This document shows, one piece after another, positions 25,171 to 39,200 of a stretch of DNA of 64,000 bases. The DNA is from a virus. Position numbers and translations under genes: made by a program. Each line of letters opens with the position of its first letter. Within the stretch, counting starts at the first letter, position 1. The stretch lies in IMG/VR virus record IMGVR_UViG_3300005613_000018, positions 35,610-99,609 of that record; one strand, 5' to 3'. Below the pieces are notes generated by a model, which did no database searches, was not told where the DNA came from, and saw only the letters and a list, made by a program, of their open reading frames with translations.

Positions 25171-27261
25171 ATGCCTTTAGTTAATTTTAGCAATCTAGAC
25201 TTTGATCAGATTAGAGACTCTATCAAGAGTTATCTTCGATCAAATTCCAATTTTACAGATTATGACTTTGAGGGATCTAATCTTTCAACGATTATCGATA
25301 CTCTTGCATATAATACTTACATAACCTCATACAACGCCAACATGGTGACGAATGAGGTGTTTATTGATAGTGCGACTTTAAGGGAAAATGTAGTTTCCCT
25401 AGCTCGTAATATAGGATATCTTCCAAGATCAAGAAAATCAGCTGTAGCAAATATATCTTTTAGTGTTGATGCATCAAATACAACAGCTGTCACCGTCACA
25501 TTAAAAGCTGGAACGGCATTTATTTCAAGTCGTGCTTTTGGTAATGAAAGTTATATATTCTCAATTCCTGATGATATTACAGTTCCTGTAGACTCCACTG
25601 GAACTGCCAACTTCACCAACATTGATATTTACGAAGGAACATATATTAAAAACACTTACACTGTAAATTCAAGAACTCCAAATCAAAAATTCATTATACC
25701 AAATAGTGGATGTGATACTTCTCTGATTAGAGTTATTGTAAAAACTTCTCAAAGTGCTATAGATGTTGGAACTTCGGAAAAGTTTTTACAATATGATAAT
25801 CTTTATGAAATTGGGCCAAATTCACCGATTTACTTTTTAGAAGAAATTGATAGTGAAAGATATGAGTTGTTATTTGGTGATGGTATATTTGGAAAGAAAC
25901 TAGAAGAACCAAATTTTGTTGAAGTCAGTTATATCGTTTCTAATGGTGAGAATGCAAACAATATATCCAATTTCACATTTTCAGGAACACTTAGAGATAA
26001 TAGTGGAAACTCTATTACATCGGGAGTTTCATTAATTGCTACAAATTATCAGTCATTTGGTGGCAAGTCTATTGAAAGTGTCGAATCGATTAAAAAATAC
26101 GCTCCTAGAATTTACGCTTCTCAAAATAGAGCAGTTACTTCTTCCGACTATGAAGCATTGATTCCTAAAATTTATCCAGAATCTGAATCCGTATCTGCCT
26201 TTGGTGGGGAAGAACTCACACCACCTTCATATGGGAAAGTCTTTATCAGTATTAAACCATATAATGGTGTATATCTATCTTCAACCATAAAAAGTAATAT
26301 ACTCTCAGAACTCAGAAAATATACTGTAGCTGGAATTATCCCAGAAATTATTGATCTGAAATACCTTTACATAGAATCAAATTCTAATGTTTATTATAAT
26401 ACAAATCTCGCACCATCTTCATCATATGTAAAAGACACTATTGTCCAAAACATCACAAATTACTCCAACTCGTCGGATCTTAATAAGTTTGGAGCTAGAT
26501 TTAAGTACAGTAAATATCTCAACATCATTGATAATAGTAATGAATCAATTACATCTAATATTACAACTGTCAACATAAGAAGAGATATGGCAGCTTTTTT
26601 AAATCAGTTTGCTGAATATGAGATTTGTTTTGGTAATAGATTTCATATCAAAAATCATGGACATTCCTCTACTTACGATGGTAATGTTATTGGATATAAT
26701 ATCAAATCATCTGGATTTACCGTGAGTGGAATTTCTGGAACAGTTTATCTTGGTGATGTTCCAAACAGTGATTTGGAAACTGGAACTATTTTCTTATTTA
26801 AATTGAATTCACCTACAGAACCAGTAGTTATAAAAAAAGGTATTGGTACAATTGATTATATTAAAGGGGAAATTAAACTTAACCCTATAAAAATACTATC
26901 GACAAAAGTTAACAAAGATATTCCACTAGTTGAGATATCTGCAACTCCATATTCAAATGATGTTATTGGTTTACAAGATTTATATCTACAACTCGATCTA
27001 AGTTCTGTTTCGGTTACTATGGTTCCAGATCAAATTGCATCTGGAGATGATATTTCGGGTACAAATTATAAAGTAAGTTCTAGTTATTCTAATGGTAGTT
27101 TAGTTCGTGGAACACCAGTATTCACTTCTCCGACATCTACCTCTTCAACGACCTCTTTAACGTCCACTTCTTCAGTATATACTACTACCAGTACTTCAAC
27201 TTCTCCTTCTACAAGTATGGTAAATAGTAGTAATAATGGTTCAACAACCTCCACTTATTAA
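25171..27261 (+). CDS. gp6: Baseplate wedge subunit gp6
   Basis: LDFDQI...FTDYDFEGS, SATLRENVVSLA, FGDGIFGK and QNRAVT..DY motifs. Confidence 0.93.
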   Translation: MPLVNFSNLDFDQIRDSIKSYLRSNSNFTDYDFEGSNLSTIIDTLAYNTYITSYNANMVTNEVFIDSATLRENVVSLARNIGYLPRSRKSAVANISFSVDASNTTAVTVTLKAGTAFISSRAFGNESYIFSIPDDITVPVDSTGTANFTNIDIYEGTYIKNTYTVNSRTPNQKFIIPNSGCDTSLIRVIVKTSQSAIDVGTSEKFLQYDNLYEIGPNSPIYFLEEIDSERYELLFGDGIFGKKLEEPNFVEVSYIVSNGENANNISNFTFSGTLRDNSGNSITSGVSLIATNYQSFGGKSIESVESIKKYAPRIYASQNRAVTSSDYEALIPKIYPESESVSAFGGEELTPPSYGKVFISIKPYNGVYLSSTIKSNILSELRKYTVAGIIPEIIDLKYLYIESNSNVYYNTNLAPSSSYVKDTIVQNITNYSNSSDLNKFGARFKYSKYLNIIDNSNESITSNITTVNIRRDMAAFLNQFAEYEICFGNRFHIKNHGHSSTYDGNVIGYNIKSSGFTVSGISGTVYLGDVPNSDLETGTIFLFKLNSPTEPVVIKKGIGTIDYIKGEIKLNPIKILSTKVNKDIPLVEISATPYSNDVIGLQDLYLQLDLSSVSVTMVPDQIASGDDISGTNYKVSSSYSNGSLVRGTPVFTSPTSTSSTTSLTSTSSVYTTTSTSTSPSTSMVNSSNNGSTTSTY

Positions 27262-27273
27262 GATATATTAGAA

Positions 27274-30200
27274 ATGGCAGTAGATAGAGTAAAGTTCCAA
27301 AATATTGTCGCTAGTCAACTTCCAAGATATGTACGAGAAGATTTTCCTCTTCTCGTAGATTTTCTTGAGCAGTACTATCTCTCTCAAGAAGTTCAAAGTG
27401 GAACTCTTGATTTAATTCAAAATATTGATCAATATGTAAAAGTTGAAGAACTTACAAATCTTAAGAACTCTACAGTTCTTGGTGCCGATCTTTCCATCAC
27501 AGGAACAACCATTACATGTTCTTTAGATGATAACTTTACTGAAGGATTTGTAGACACTAATGGATTGATTAAAATTGATGATGAAATAATTTTTTATGAA
27601 ACTAAAACTGATACTACATTTGAAGGTTGTGTAAGAGGTTTTAGTGGAGTAACCTCTTATCAAAAATCGAATACACCAGATGAGTTAGTTTTTAGTAATT
27701 CTTCAATTACATCTCATAAATCAGGTGCTATAATTTATAATTTGAACGTTATTTTTCTACAGGAATTTCTTAAAAAACTGAAAAATCAGATCACACCAGG
27801 ATTTCAGGATAGATCTTTAGCCTCTAATTTAAATCAGAAGAATTTTATCTATAATGTTGACAGTTTTTACAAAACTAAGGGAACTGATAGATCCTTTAAA
27901 ATTCTTTTTGGTGCTTTGTATGGAGAGGATGTAGAAGTCATACACCCAAGTGAATATCTTTTTAGGCCATCAGATGCAGACTATCGAGTTACTCAAGATT
28001 TTGTTGTGAAGGCAGTTCGAGGAAATCCACTCGAACTTAAGAACTTAACTCTATATCAAAATACTACAGGAGCTAGAGGATCTGTATCCGATGTAGAAAA
28101 AATTAATTATAGTGAAGGAGATTACTATAAAATAAGTGTTGACTATGGATATCAAAGAGATATTGATGTTGATGGAACAATTTACAGTCAATTTTCTCCA
28201 AATCCAGTTACAAAAATATTGAATGATGTAAGTATAAATTCTACTACTATTGATGTAGACTCGACCTCATCATTCCCAGAGGCCGGTTCTCTTGCAGTTA
28301 AGGACATTGATAATAATGATCTACTCTTATCATATAGTGGAAAAAATATTACTCAATTTTTAAATGTTACTGGTGTAAGAAATAGGATCAGTTCGAAAAG
28401 TGATATCGAATTGAATGATTATTCTTACGCTTTTGTTGGATTTGATAGAAGTAGAGAAATTAGAGTGAGAATTACATCGACTCTAAAGGATCTACAATTA
28501 TCAAAATCTCACTCTTATAAAAAAGGTGATCTTATTAGTGTAAAGAATTTTGGATATACTAAAACTAATGAAAAGTTAAAAAATTGGAATTATAATGTCA
28601 AATCAAAATTTGATGTTAAGAGTGTTAATCAAATTGATTTGAGTGAGGAAAAATATTCTATCAAAACATATAATGATATTGAATTGAAACCAGGATACAA
28701 TTTTTTAATTCAAAATTCTACTAAAACTGTATCAACTATTGGGTATGTGTTGAGTGTTAATTCTTCAAATTCTTTTATTGCTAAAATTTCTGCAAATTTA
28801 AATTTAAATGATACTTATACAATAGAAAATCAAATATTGAAGGGCAATTCTACCGAATATCCTATACTGAAACAATATTTTGCCAATGTTCAAAATACAT
28901 ATGTGAATTCTTCTGATAATATTTTAGTATCTAGTAATTCCATTCCTAATTATTACAATATAATTACTAATCCATATGATAAAAAAATTAAATTTAGTGG
29001 AACTTTTACTTCCACACAAACTTTAAATTTATTGAATCATGGTTTTTATACTGGTGATGTTGTTTACTATCAACCATCTATTATTGAAACTGTATCAACT
29101 GATGTTGATGGTATACAGACTATAACCGAATCTATAAATGGATTTGAAGATGTTGATGAGGGTGTATATTATGTCGGTAGAGTAGATAGTAATAATTTTA
29201 AACTTGCTAGAAGTAAGGGCAATTTATTTGTAAATAAATTTATAACTTTAAACGGTACTGTTAAGGATAATGAAATTATATATTATAATTTCTTTAATAA
29301 AAATGTTCTGCCACAATCAATTTATAGAGAAATAACTAATCCTTCAAATATTGAAACTACTTATGAAACTGAGCCAGGATATACTGGAATTTTAATCAAC
29401 GGTGTTGAAATTTTAAATTATAAATCCTCTGACGTAGTGTACTATGGTGAAATTGAAGAAATTGTGATTTCTTCACCTGGAAGTGGATATGATGTAATTA
29501 ATCCACCTAGTTTGATCATTAGTGATGAAGTTGGAACTGGAGCTACTGGTAAGTGTTCAGTATCTGGAAAATTAGAAAGAATTGAAATAATTGATCCAGG
29601 ATTTGATTATGTCAATACTCCCATTGTGAAGATAAATGGTGGTAATGGAAGAGATGCTGCTGCAGAAGTTAATTTAATTTCTTTAGATAATGAGGTTATT
29701 TTTAACTCGGAGTCCACTTCTTCGGATGTAAATCTGACAAATGATACGATTGGATTTTCAACATTCCATAAATTCAGAGATTATGAAAAAATTGTTTATC
29801 TAACAAATTCACAAACATCTGTTGGTGGTATTTCAACAGGATCTTTTTATTATGTTGGTATTGTAAATGATAAAACTATAAAACTTTACAAAAATCAAAG
29901 TGACTCAATTTCTGGAATTAATACAATATCTTTAACATCTTATGGAACTGGCACACAAATAATCAAATCATCCGAAAAGAAACAAGTAGTATCTGATATT
30001 TTAGTTACAAATTCTGGATATGGTTATGAAAACAAAGAAAGAATTATACCAACATCTGGTATTAGTACATCATTGAATCAGATTTTAATATCTAATCACG
30101 GATATTCATCTAAAGACATTGTTAGATATACTGCTGGATCATCACCTATTTCAGGAATATCTGAAAATAAAAATTATTATGTTGTGAAAGTTGACGATGA

Positions 30201-33200
30201 TAAATTCTCATTGACAGAAATTGGTACAGGATCAACCGCTGCTGATTATTATTATAACAATAATATCTTTAAAAATTTAACTTCTGATGGTAATGGTTCA
30301 TTTAACTACGAACCAATAACGGTAACTGTTGATGGTATAATTGGTGTATCGACTTCTTCAGGTCAAGATTTTTCTTGTAAGGTTCAACCAATTTTCAGAG
30401 GTTCTTTAGATTCGATAAGTTTAGAAAGTGGTGGAAGTAAATATGGTTCCTCTGAAGTTATCAATTTCAATAGACAACCAAGTATTTCATTTTTTAGTGG
30501 AGAAAATGCACAATTAGTTCCAATCATAAAGAATGGCCAGATAACAAAAGTTGAAGTTACTAACTCCGGAAGGGGATATAATTCACCACCAAATCTTACT
30601 ATAGTAAGTGGAACTGGTAAGAATGCTGTATTGACTCCAGTTATATCAAATGGTGAAATAACTGAGGTGAAAGTTATTAAAGGTGGTGCTGGATATGTGA
30701 GAGATAAAACTTCTATCATTATAACTCCTGCAGGATCAGGTGCAAAATCTGATGTTGGTATCAAAATTTGGACAGTCAATTTATTTGAGAGAAATTTTGA
30801 TAACATTAGAGATGACGATGGATTTATTTCTGGGAATATAAGTGATGAGAGTCTTCAATATTCACACTTATATGCTCCAAGACCTTTAAGGAAAAGTACT
30901 TATTCGATATCTGGAAATGATGAGGATAATACCGTTTATGGTACTCCTGATTTGATTTTTGATGGGACTGAAATTGATAGTAGATACCATTCCCCAATTA
31001 TAGGTTGGGCATATGATGGAAATCCAATTTATGGCCCATATGGTTTCTCAAATAAGGATGGTACTGGATCAATTCGTAGAATGAAATCTGGATATGTAAA
31101 TCAATCAATGAAATTGGATAGACCTAATTTTAGTTCGGGATTTTTTATTGAAGATTTTAGATATGTTGGAAATGGTGATCTAGATGAAAACAATGGAAGA
31201 TATTGTGTAACCCCAGATTATCCAAATGGTGTCTATGCATATTTTTCAACTATAAATCAAAATGTGGATAGTGATGGCCCATTCGTTGATCACAGAAGAC
31301 CAGTTTTTCCATATTTAATTGGTAATACCTACAAATCGATTCCAAATAATTTCAATTTCAGAAGTATATCTAATCAAACTGATTATAATTTACAAACTAA
31401 TACTTGGTTAAGATATATTATACCATATCACATAAGGAGGAGTAATAGTAGATATGATTATATCTTTGATTCAGATTCAATCAAAAAACAAACAATTGAA
31501 GTAACTTCATCACTTAGAGGTGAAGTTCAAAGTGTAGGAATAATTACTGGTGGAGACAACTACAAAATTGGAGATGAGGTTGTTTTCAATAATGAAAACA
31601 CTGGTGGATTTGATGCAACAGCTAAAGTTTCTAGAATCAGTGGTAAGGAAATTGATACGATAAGTCTTAATACTGAGACTAATAGTAATGTTGAATTTTT
31701 ACCAATATCAAATCTATTCACAGGTTTTACTACAACTCCTCACAATTTATTATCCAATGATGTAGTTCAAATTGTTGGTCTTTCTAGTTATTACAAAGGA
31801 TTTGATGGTTCTTATGTTGTAGGAATCAATACATCTACATGGACTTTAACATCAGGAATTCAATCAGCAACATCTACTGGAATAGTTACTTACATCAATG
31901 TATCTGGATCTTTTGATTATCCAATTGTGAGAGAAAATGATATTCTTGGAATTGGTACAGAAAAAGTAAAAGTATTGAATATTGATAGGTTAAATTCAAG
32001 ATTCCGTGTATTGAGAGAACAGGAATCTACAGTTGGATCTGCACACACTAGATCTACAAAAATTTACGAAGATAGTTCAAAATTTACTGTAAATGTAGGT
32101 TCAATAAAAACTACTAGAATCTTTAAGGTCAATAGAGAACTCTATTTTGATCCTTCAGAATCTGTTGGAATTGGAACAGCACTTGGAACAGGTATTGGTA
32201 ATACGATTACATTTTCCAATCCAGGTGCTGGAATTACACAAGTTTTTGTATCTCCACAAAGAATTTATTATCCAAAGCATGGATTAAAACTAAATGATCC
32301 AATTACTTATTCTTCAAACGGTGGAACTTCCATTCAAGTTTGGAATGGTACTGATTCGTATAAAGATCTCACGGATTATCCAAATCTGTTTGCTGCTAAC
32401 ATTACCGATAACCATATTGGTATAAGTTCCAATAAAATTGGAATAGGTACTACAGGATCTTATATTGGTTTGGGGACAGATAGTGCACTTCTTTATTTTA
32501 CAAGTGTTGGAACTGGAAATACACATAGTTTTAAAACAAATCTCAATAATGTTCTAAGTGGTAAAGTTGATAAAAATGTTGTTACTGTATCCACAGCATC
32601 ATCACATTCTTTGACTGTAAGAGATAAAATTAATATCAATGTGAAACCAAAAGATGTTATCACTGTTCAAGTGAAGTATGATGATTATAATAGAAGAATA
32701 GTATTTGATCCAAAATCATTCACCTCTGGTGATGTTAACATTACAAAAAATACTATTCAATTTTCTTCTGGAGACTTCAAGACTGGAGATAGAGTGATAC
32801 ATATTTCCTCATCACCATCTGGAGGTTTGATTAATGAGGAAATGTATTATGTAATTACTTACGATCAAACAGAAATTAGATTGGTTAGAAATCATAGTGA
32901 TTTGACATCTCAATCACCAAATTTTGTCAATATCACTACTGCTGGAAGTGGAACACTTTCAAGAATTAATCCAAGTGTAAATGTAAGTAAAAACAATACT
33001 TTAAAGTTTGATTTATCAGACTCTTCTTTAGCATTTACTAATAATTCTAATTTATATTCAGCATTTAATCTGAATTTGTATAGTGATAAAAATTTCTTAA
33101 ACGAATTTCTTTCTTTACCAGAAACCTCTTCATTTGAGGTGAAGAGAAATGGTAGACCAGGTATAGATTCTAATGCAAACCTAACTTTATTTGTAAGTGA

Positions 33201-36200
33201 TTTTGTTCCATCTATTTTATATTACAAATTCAATCAATTGAATCTTGACATTTTACCAGATTTTAAAAAATCTGTTATTGATAACACTGTTAATGGAAGT
33301 AATCAAATCAATCTCATCGAATCACCATATAATGGATCATATTCAATTACTAGTGTCGGGTCAACAACATTTACTTATAATATAACTTCATCACCCAAAG
33401 TTACCACATATAATTCTTCAAATTCTTCATCATCTTATAATACAAATTCTTCATCGGCTCTAGGATCTGTAGAAAAAGTAGATGTTTTAAATGGTGGAAG
33501 TTCTTATGAAACTTTACCAGGAATAACAACAGTATCAAGTACCAATGGAACTGGTGTAATTTTAGAAGCTTTCAGTGAAAACATTGGAAAAATCACTGGG
33601 TATAAGTTTAATGAAATCGGATTCAATTATCCTACAGATAATACGATAAGATTAACTGCCAATTTACCAGAAATTTTAAATATAGATCCATTCTCCTCTT
33701 TTGAAAGTATTGGTATTACTTCTGGTGGTCGAAACTATCTGGTGGCTCCAAAATTAGTAGTTCTTGATGGATTTACAAATGAAGTTGTTAAAGATATTGA
33801 TATATTTTACAATTTAGGAGATACTGAGGTAACAATTTTGCAGAATACTTTTGGAATTTACAACATAAATCCAAGAATCATTCCAACAAATAACAGTAAT
33901 GGTGTAGGAATTTCTTCAATAATATACACATCTTCAACTAAAAATGTCCGTGTTTATTTGAATGAACTCTTTGGTGCTTCTGATACTTTCCCATTTGCAA
34001 TTGGATCAAAAGTTTTAGTTGAGGGGGTGAGTGTTGGTTCTGGTTCTACTGGAAAAGGTTATAATTCTCAAAAATATAATTATCAACTCTTTAGTCTTAC
34101 TGGAGTCAACACATCTCTTGGTGGATCTGGTGCATATGTAGATTACAGTCTTGAAGGATTTATTAGTAGTGGTGAAACTCCAGGATCTATGGATTTAATA
34201 AATTCTTATGGTAGAATAATTCCAGAAGACCAGTTCCCTATATTTAATCCTACCCTTAAAACAAATCAATTGTTGGTCGGTGAGACAGTGGTATCTGGGT
34301 CAAAAGTTGGGATTGTACAAAGATGGAATTCTACAGCTGAATACTTATTTGTTTCTTCCTCCGATGAATTTTTAGATGGTGAAATAATTCAAGGATTAAC
34401 ATCCAAGTCAAAAGCTGCAATTAAAAAACAAATTGAATTTGACGCAGAAATCATTGTTGGTTCTGGCACTACATTCATTAACGGTTGGGAACAAATTTAC
34501 GGATTCTTAAATAATAATTTACAAAAAATACCAAATAATGAATACTATCAAAAATTCTCATATTCTCTCAAATCAAGAATACCCTATGACACTTGGAATG
34601 ATCCAGTAAGTTCACTTGATCATACAGCTGGATTTGAGAAGTTCTCCGATCTTCAAGTAATAAGTATTCGAGATGATAGTCGTCCATCAGTTACCTTACC
34701 AGAAGATAGTAATTTAGAACTAACTGTTGATATTGTTGGTGAAGCTGATCTCAATTGTGTTTATGATTTTGACAATGTTACTGAGACAGTTATAAACAAT
34801 GATGGTACTTTAATATCTAAAGAAATAAATTTCAATAATAAATTCTTAGTAGATTTTTATGAGTCTATAGGAAATAGGGTTCTTTATATTGATGACATTA
34901 GTTATCTATTTAATAGTAACATTAGACCAACACAATTCACTTCAGTTTCAAAATTCCCACTATCATATAGATATAATAAAATAATTACTTTTGCAAAAGA
35001 TACTGTTTATAGCGACGAAAGACAAGCCTCGATCGTTTCTTTGATACAAAAAGCTAATACTGCTTATCTACAAGAATATGCAACTATTGATACAGTAACG
35101 GAATTAGGATCTTTTGATTATCTTGTTCCAACTGATAATCCTAATGGAGAATGGAATTTAACATTCTATCCAATTAAATCAGAATACAATAACTATGATT
35201 TATCTACAGTTTCATTCAGTAGTATAGATGGTATTGTTGGTGTCGGAAGTACGGATATTGGAGACATTGTTCATATAAGTTCTTCTCAGACAAATGTTGC
35301 TGTAGCTACGACCACTACAATCGTATCAATTTCTTCAACTTATAGATCTGCAAAAATACTTGTAGATCTGGAAGATACTTCTCAAGAACATTATGGAACA
35401 GAACTGAGTATTATTCATGATGGAACTAATGTCTATGAACTGGAGTATGGATCTATTGTTACAAATGGAACTTCTGGATTTGGAACTTTCTATTCTTATA
35501 TTGATGGTGGAAATATTAAGATAGACTTTACACCAAGTGTTGGTGTCGCATTGACAGCAAATGCATCAATTGTTTCAATATCCGACAACTCTACTGGTAT
35601 TGGAAGTATTCGTTTAAGTGTTGCTGATTTAATAACAAATTATAAATCTATTCCTTCTTCTGGTTCACCATCAGCTGTAGGCATAGCTTCTTATGATCAA
35701 AGATTCTACAATACATCATATAATATTATAACCGTCGAAGACACTACTAATAGTCAGTATGAAACATTCGAGGTTCTTGTTTTAAATTCATCCAATATTC
35801 AAACTTTTGTTGAATATGGAAATGTTCAATCTGGTGGATCAATTGGAACTATAGGTATAAGTTCCACTGGCAATTACATTAGTATTGATTTCACTCCCAA
35901 TCCAAGTACGGCAGTTCAAGTCAGAACATTTGAAATTCCAATACAAATTTTTGACGATAATACTAGACCTGAAGAAATTGATTTAAATAATGAATCAATT
36001 ATTTGCAATGACGGAAGATATACAGGATCTCTTCTTGATCTAAAAACAACATTTGACATTACACATAAAGGAATTGATGTTTTTGAAAGGGAAATTGATG
36101 GGTCAAGTACAGAATTTGTTGATTTAGTTGATAATCAAATAATTATTACTGAACATTTCTTTGTTACTGGAGAAAAAATTGATTATCAAGCTGTTGTTAA

Positions 36201-39200
36201 TGGATTGAACCCTAATGCTAGCCCAATTTCAATAGCCTCCACAAATGTACCAGGTGTTGGAGTTACGGATAAACTGCCATCAACAGTTTATGTTGTGAAG
36301 GATTCTGATGTAAGAATAAGACTTGCAGGTTCGGCTGAAGATGCATTAGCATCTGACCCAGTAACATTTGATTTTACTTCAGTTGGAGTTGGTACTGTTC
36401 ATAGACTCACTTCTACTAATCAAAATTCTAAAGTTTTGATTGCGGTTGATAATATGATTCAATCACCTATTGTTTCTTCTGGAGTCACAGCCCTCCTAAA
36501 TGAGAATATTGTTTTTGATACCAGATTTGAAATATCTGGTGTTACTTCGATTAGTTCTAGTGATCTTCTTCAAATTGATGATGAAATTGTCTATGTTACA
36601 GATGTTGGTATTGGTGGTGAAAATAATGTTGACGTAAGAAGAGCATGGATGGGTACAGTTATTGCAAGCCATAATACAAATTCATTAGTTACCAAAATTA
36701 TTGGAAATTATAATATTACCAGAAACACATTGAATTTTTCACAAGCTCCATATGGTCAGGTTCCATTGAGTACTTCATTTCTTGGACCTGAAGAAGTTGA
36801 TTGGACAGGTATAACTACTAATTCAACTTTCCAAGGAAGAACCTTCTTAAGATCTGGTATTGAAAATAGTTCAGAACACACTTATTCTGATAATTATATT
36901 TTTGATGATATATCTGAAGAATTCACTGGTGTTCAAAGTTCTTTTACATTAAAATCTAATGAATCCAATGTATCAGGAATATCTACTTGGAATTCAATTA
37001 TACTAGTTAATGGTATATTCCAACAACCTAGGAGAATTTCTGATTTTTCACAAAGTGGTGATTATGATCTTCAGGAGGGAAGTGGAATCACAACTATAAC
37101 ATTTACTGGATCTAATAGTGTTCCAGAAGGATATGATCCAAATAGAACTAGTCTTCCATTGGGTGGTTCAATTATCTCTCTCGCTTCCACTGAAGGATTT
37201 GGATATCAACCTTTAGTTGCAGCTGGAGGAACAGCTGTTGTTTCGACTTCCGGAACTATTTCCTCAATTAGTATTGGAAATAGTGGATCTGGTTACAGAG
37301 TAGGAGTTCAAACAATAGTCAATGTTGGAGTTCAAACATATAGTTCAGGAACTCCTAATATAGAATTTATTGGAACTGCATCAATTAGTGGGGGAAACAT
37401 TGTTAGTGTTGCGATTACTAATCCTGGAAGTGGATATACATCAACCAATCCACCATTGGTTGTTTTCGATGAACCACTAAGATATGAAGACATTCCACTT
37501 CAATATAGTTCTGTTTCTGCAGTTGGATCGGGACTAAGTGCAACTGTCAATATAACAGTTGGTCAGGGTTCTAGTATAATTAACTTTACTCTTCAAGATA
37601 CTGGATATGGATTTGGAAATGGTGAAATATTAACTGTTCCTATTGGTGGGACAACAGGAATTCCTACAGATACTAGTAAAACATTTAGTGAGTTTCGATT
37701 AACAATCGATAGAATATATAATGATAGTTTCAATGGTTGGAGTATTGGTGTTCTTGATGTTCTAGATAACATCGATCAATTTTTTGATGGGACAAGAAAA
37801 TCATTTAGACTGAGAAAGAATGGTGAACTGTTCGCAATCTCATCATCCAAAGGTTCGAATATTGATGTTGAACAAACTTTATTGATTTTCATAAATGATA
37901 TCCTTCAAGAACCATCTCTTTCTTATAGTATGAAAGGAAGTAGTATTATAGAATTTGATGAACCACCAACTCAAGGTGATACTTCTAAGATTTTATTTTA
38001 TAAAGGAAGTGGTGATGATGTTGATGTTATTTTTAGAGATATTTTACCTACTGTTAAAGTTGGTGACTCTTTAAATATCAATAATGATCCAAACAAAGGT
38101 CAAAGTTCTGGTTTAGATCAAGATGATAGAATTGTAACTGATATACTAACTGTAGATAGTGTTAATACAAATCCTTATCTTGGCCCAGGAATAACCACAG
38201 ATGCAACTTTATCGAGACCAGTCACTTGGTGTAAACAAACAACGGATAAAGTGATTGATGGCATAAAGATTGGAAAGGATAGAGAAAATTATGAACCTTT
38301 AATATACCCATCCTCTTTTATCATCCAATCTGTCGGTGTCGGATCTACATTAGTTTATGTAGATAGTGTTAGACCGTTATTCAATTCACAAAATGAAGCT
38401 TTGGTAAAGGCTTTTCAAGATAAGATAGACATCACTTCACAAGATGTTACTGTTGGAGCTTCAGCTACTGTTACTGTTTCCTCAGCTGGAACAATCACTT
38501 CAGTAAATATTGTAAATGCTGGTTCTGGATATACAGATGCACCATCAGTTACTATTGGAAATCCAATTGGTCTTGGAACTGAATCTAGAGCTACTGTAAC
38601 TTCTACAATTTCTGTTGGAGGAACTGTTACTGGATTTACCATTACAAGTCCAGGAACCGGATATACTTCCACTAATTTACCACCAGTATTGATTTCAGAA
38701 CAAAATACAGTTAGAGTAGGAGAAGTTGGTGTTTCTTCTTATCAAGGTGACTATGGAACTTTAGTAGGATTTGGTTTGACTACACAAAGTTCTCAAAATA
38801 AACTCATAGTTGATTTTTATATTCCTACCGATTCTTTTATGAGAGATGATGACTATGTTGGCACCGGAATTACAATAAGTGGAATTTCTACCGGAGATTA
38901 CTTTACCTTATTTAACACGAATGTAGCTATTACTACAACAGGAACTGTTATATCTGAATCGATAGATGGAACTGTTATTGGAGTAACTACGACATTCCTT
39001 GATAATGTATATCAGGTTTCTAGTGTTTATACAGAACAGAGTGAAGTCATCGGTGTTGGTACTACAGCTATAAGAAGAGTATTTGCAAATATAGTTGGTT
39101 ACTCGACAGTATCATTTGACAGTCTTTCAGAATCTTTTGATTCTACTAGTTTCACTTTTGATAGTAATGTTTTTGATGTTTTAGGTGGTGGAATTTCTTC

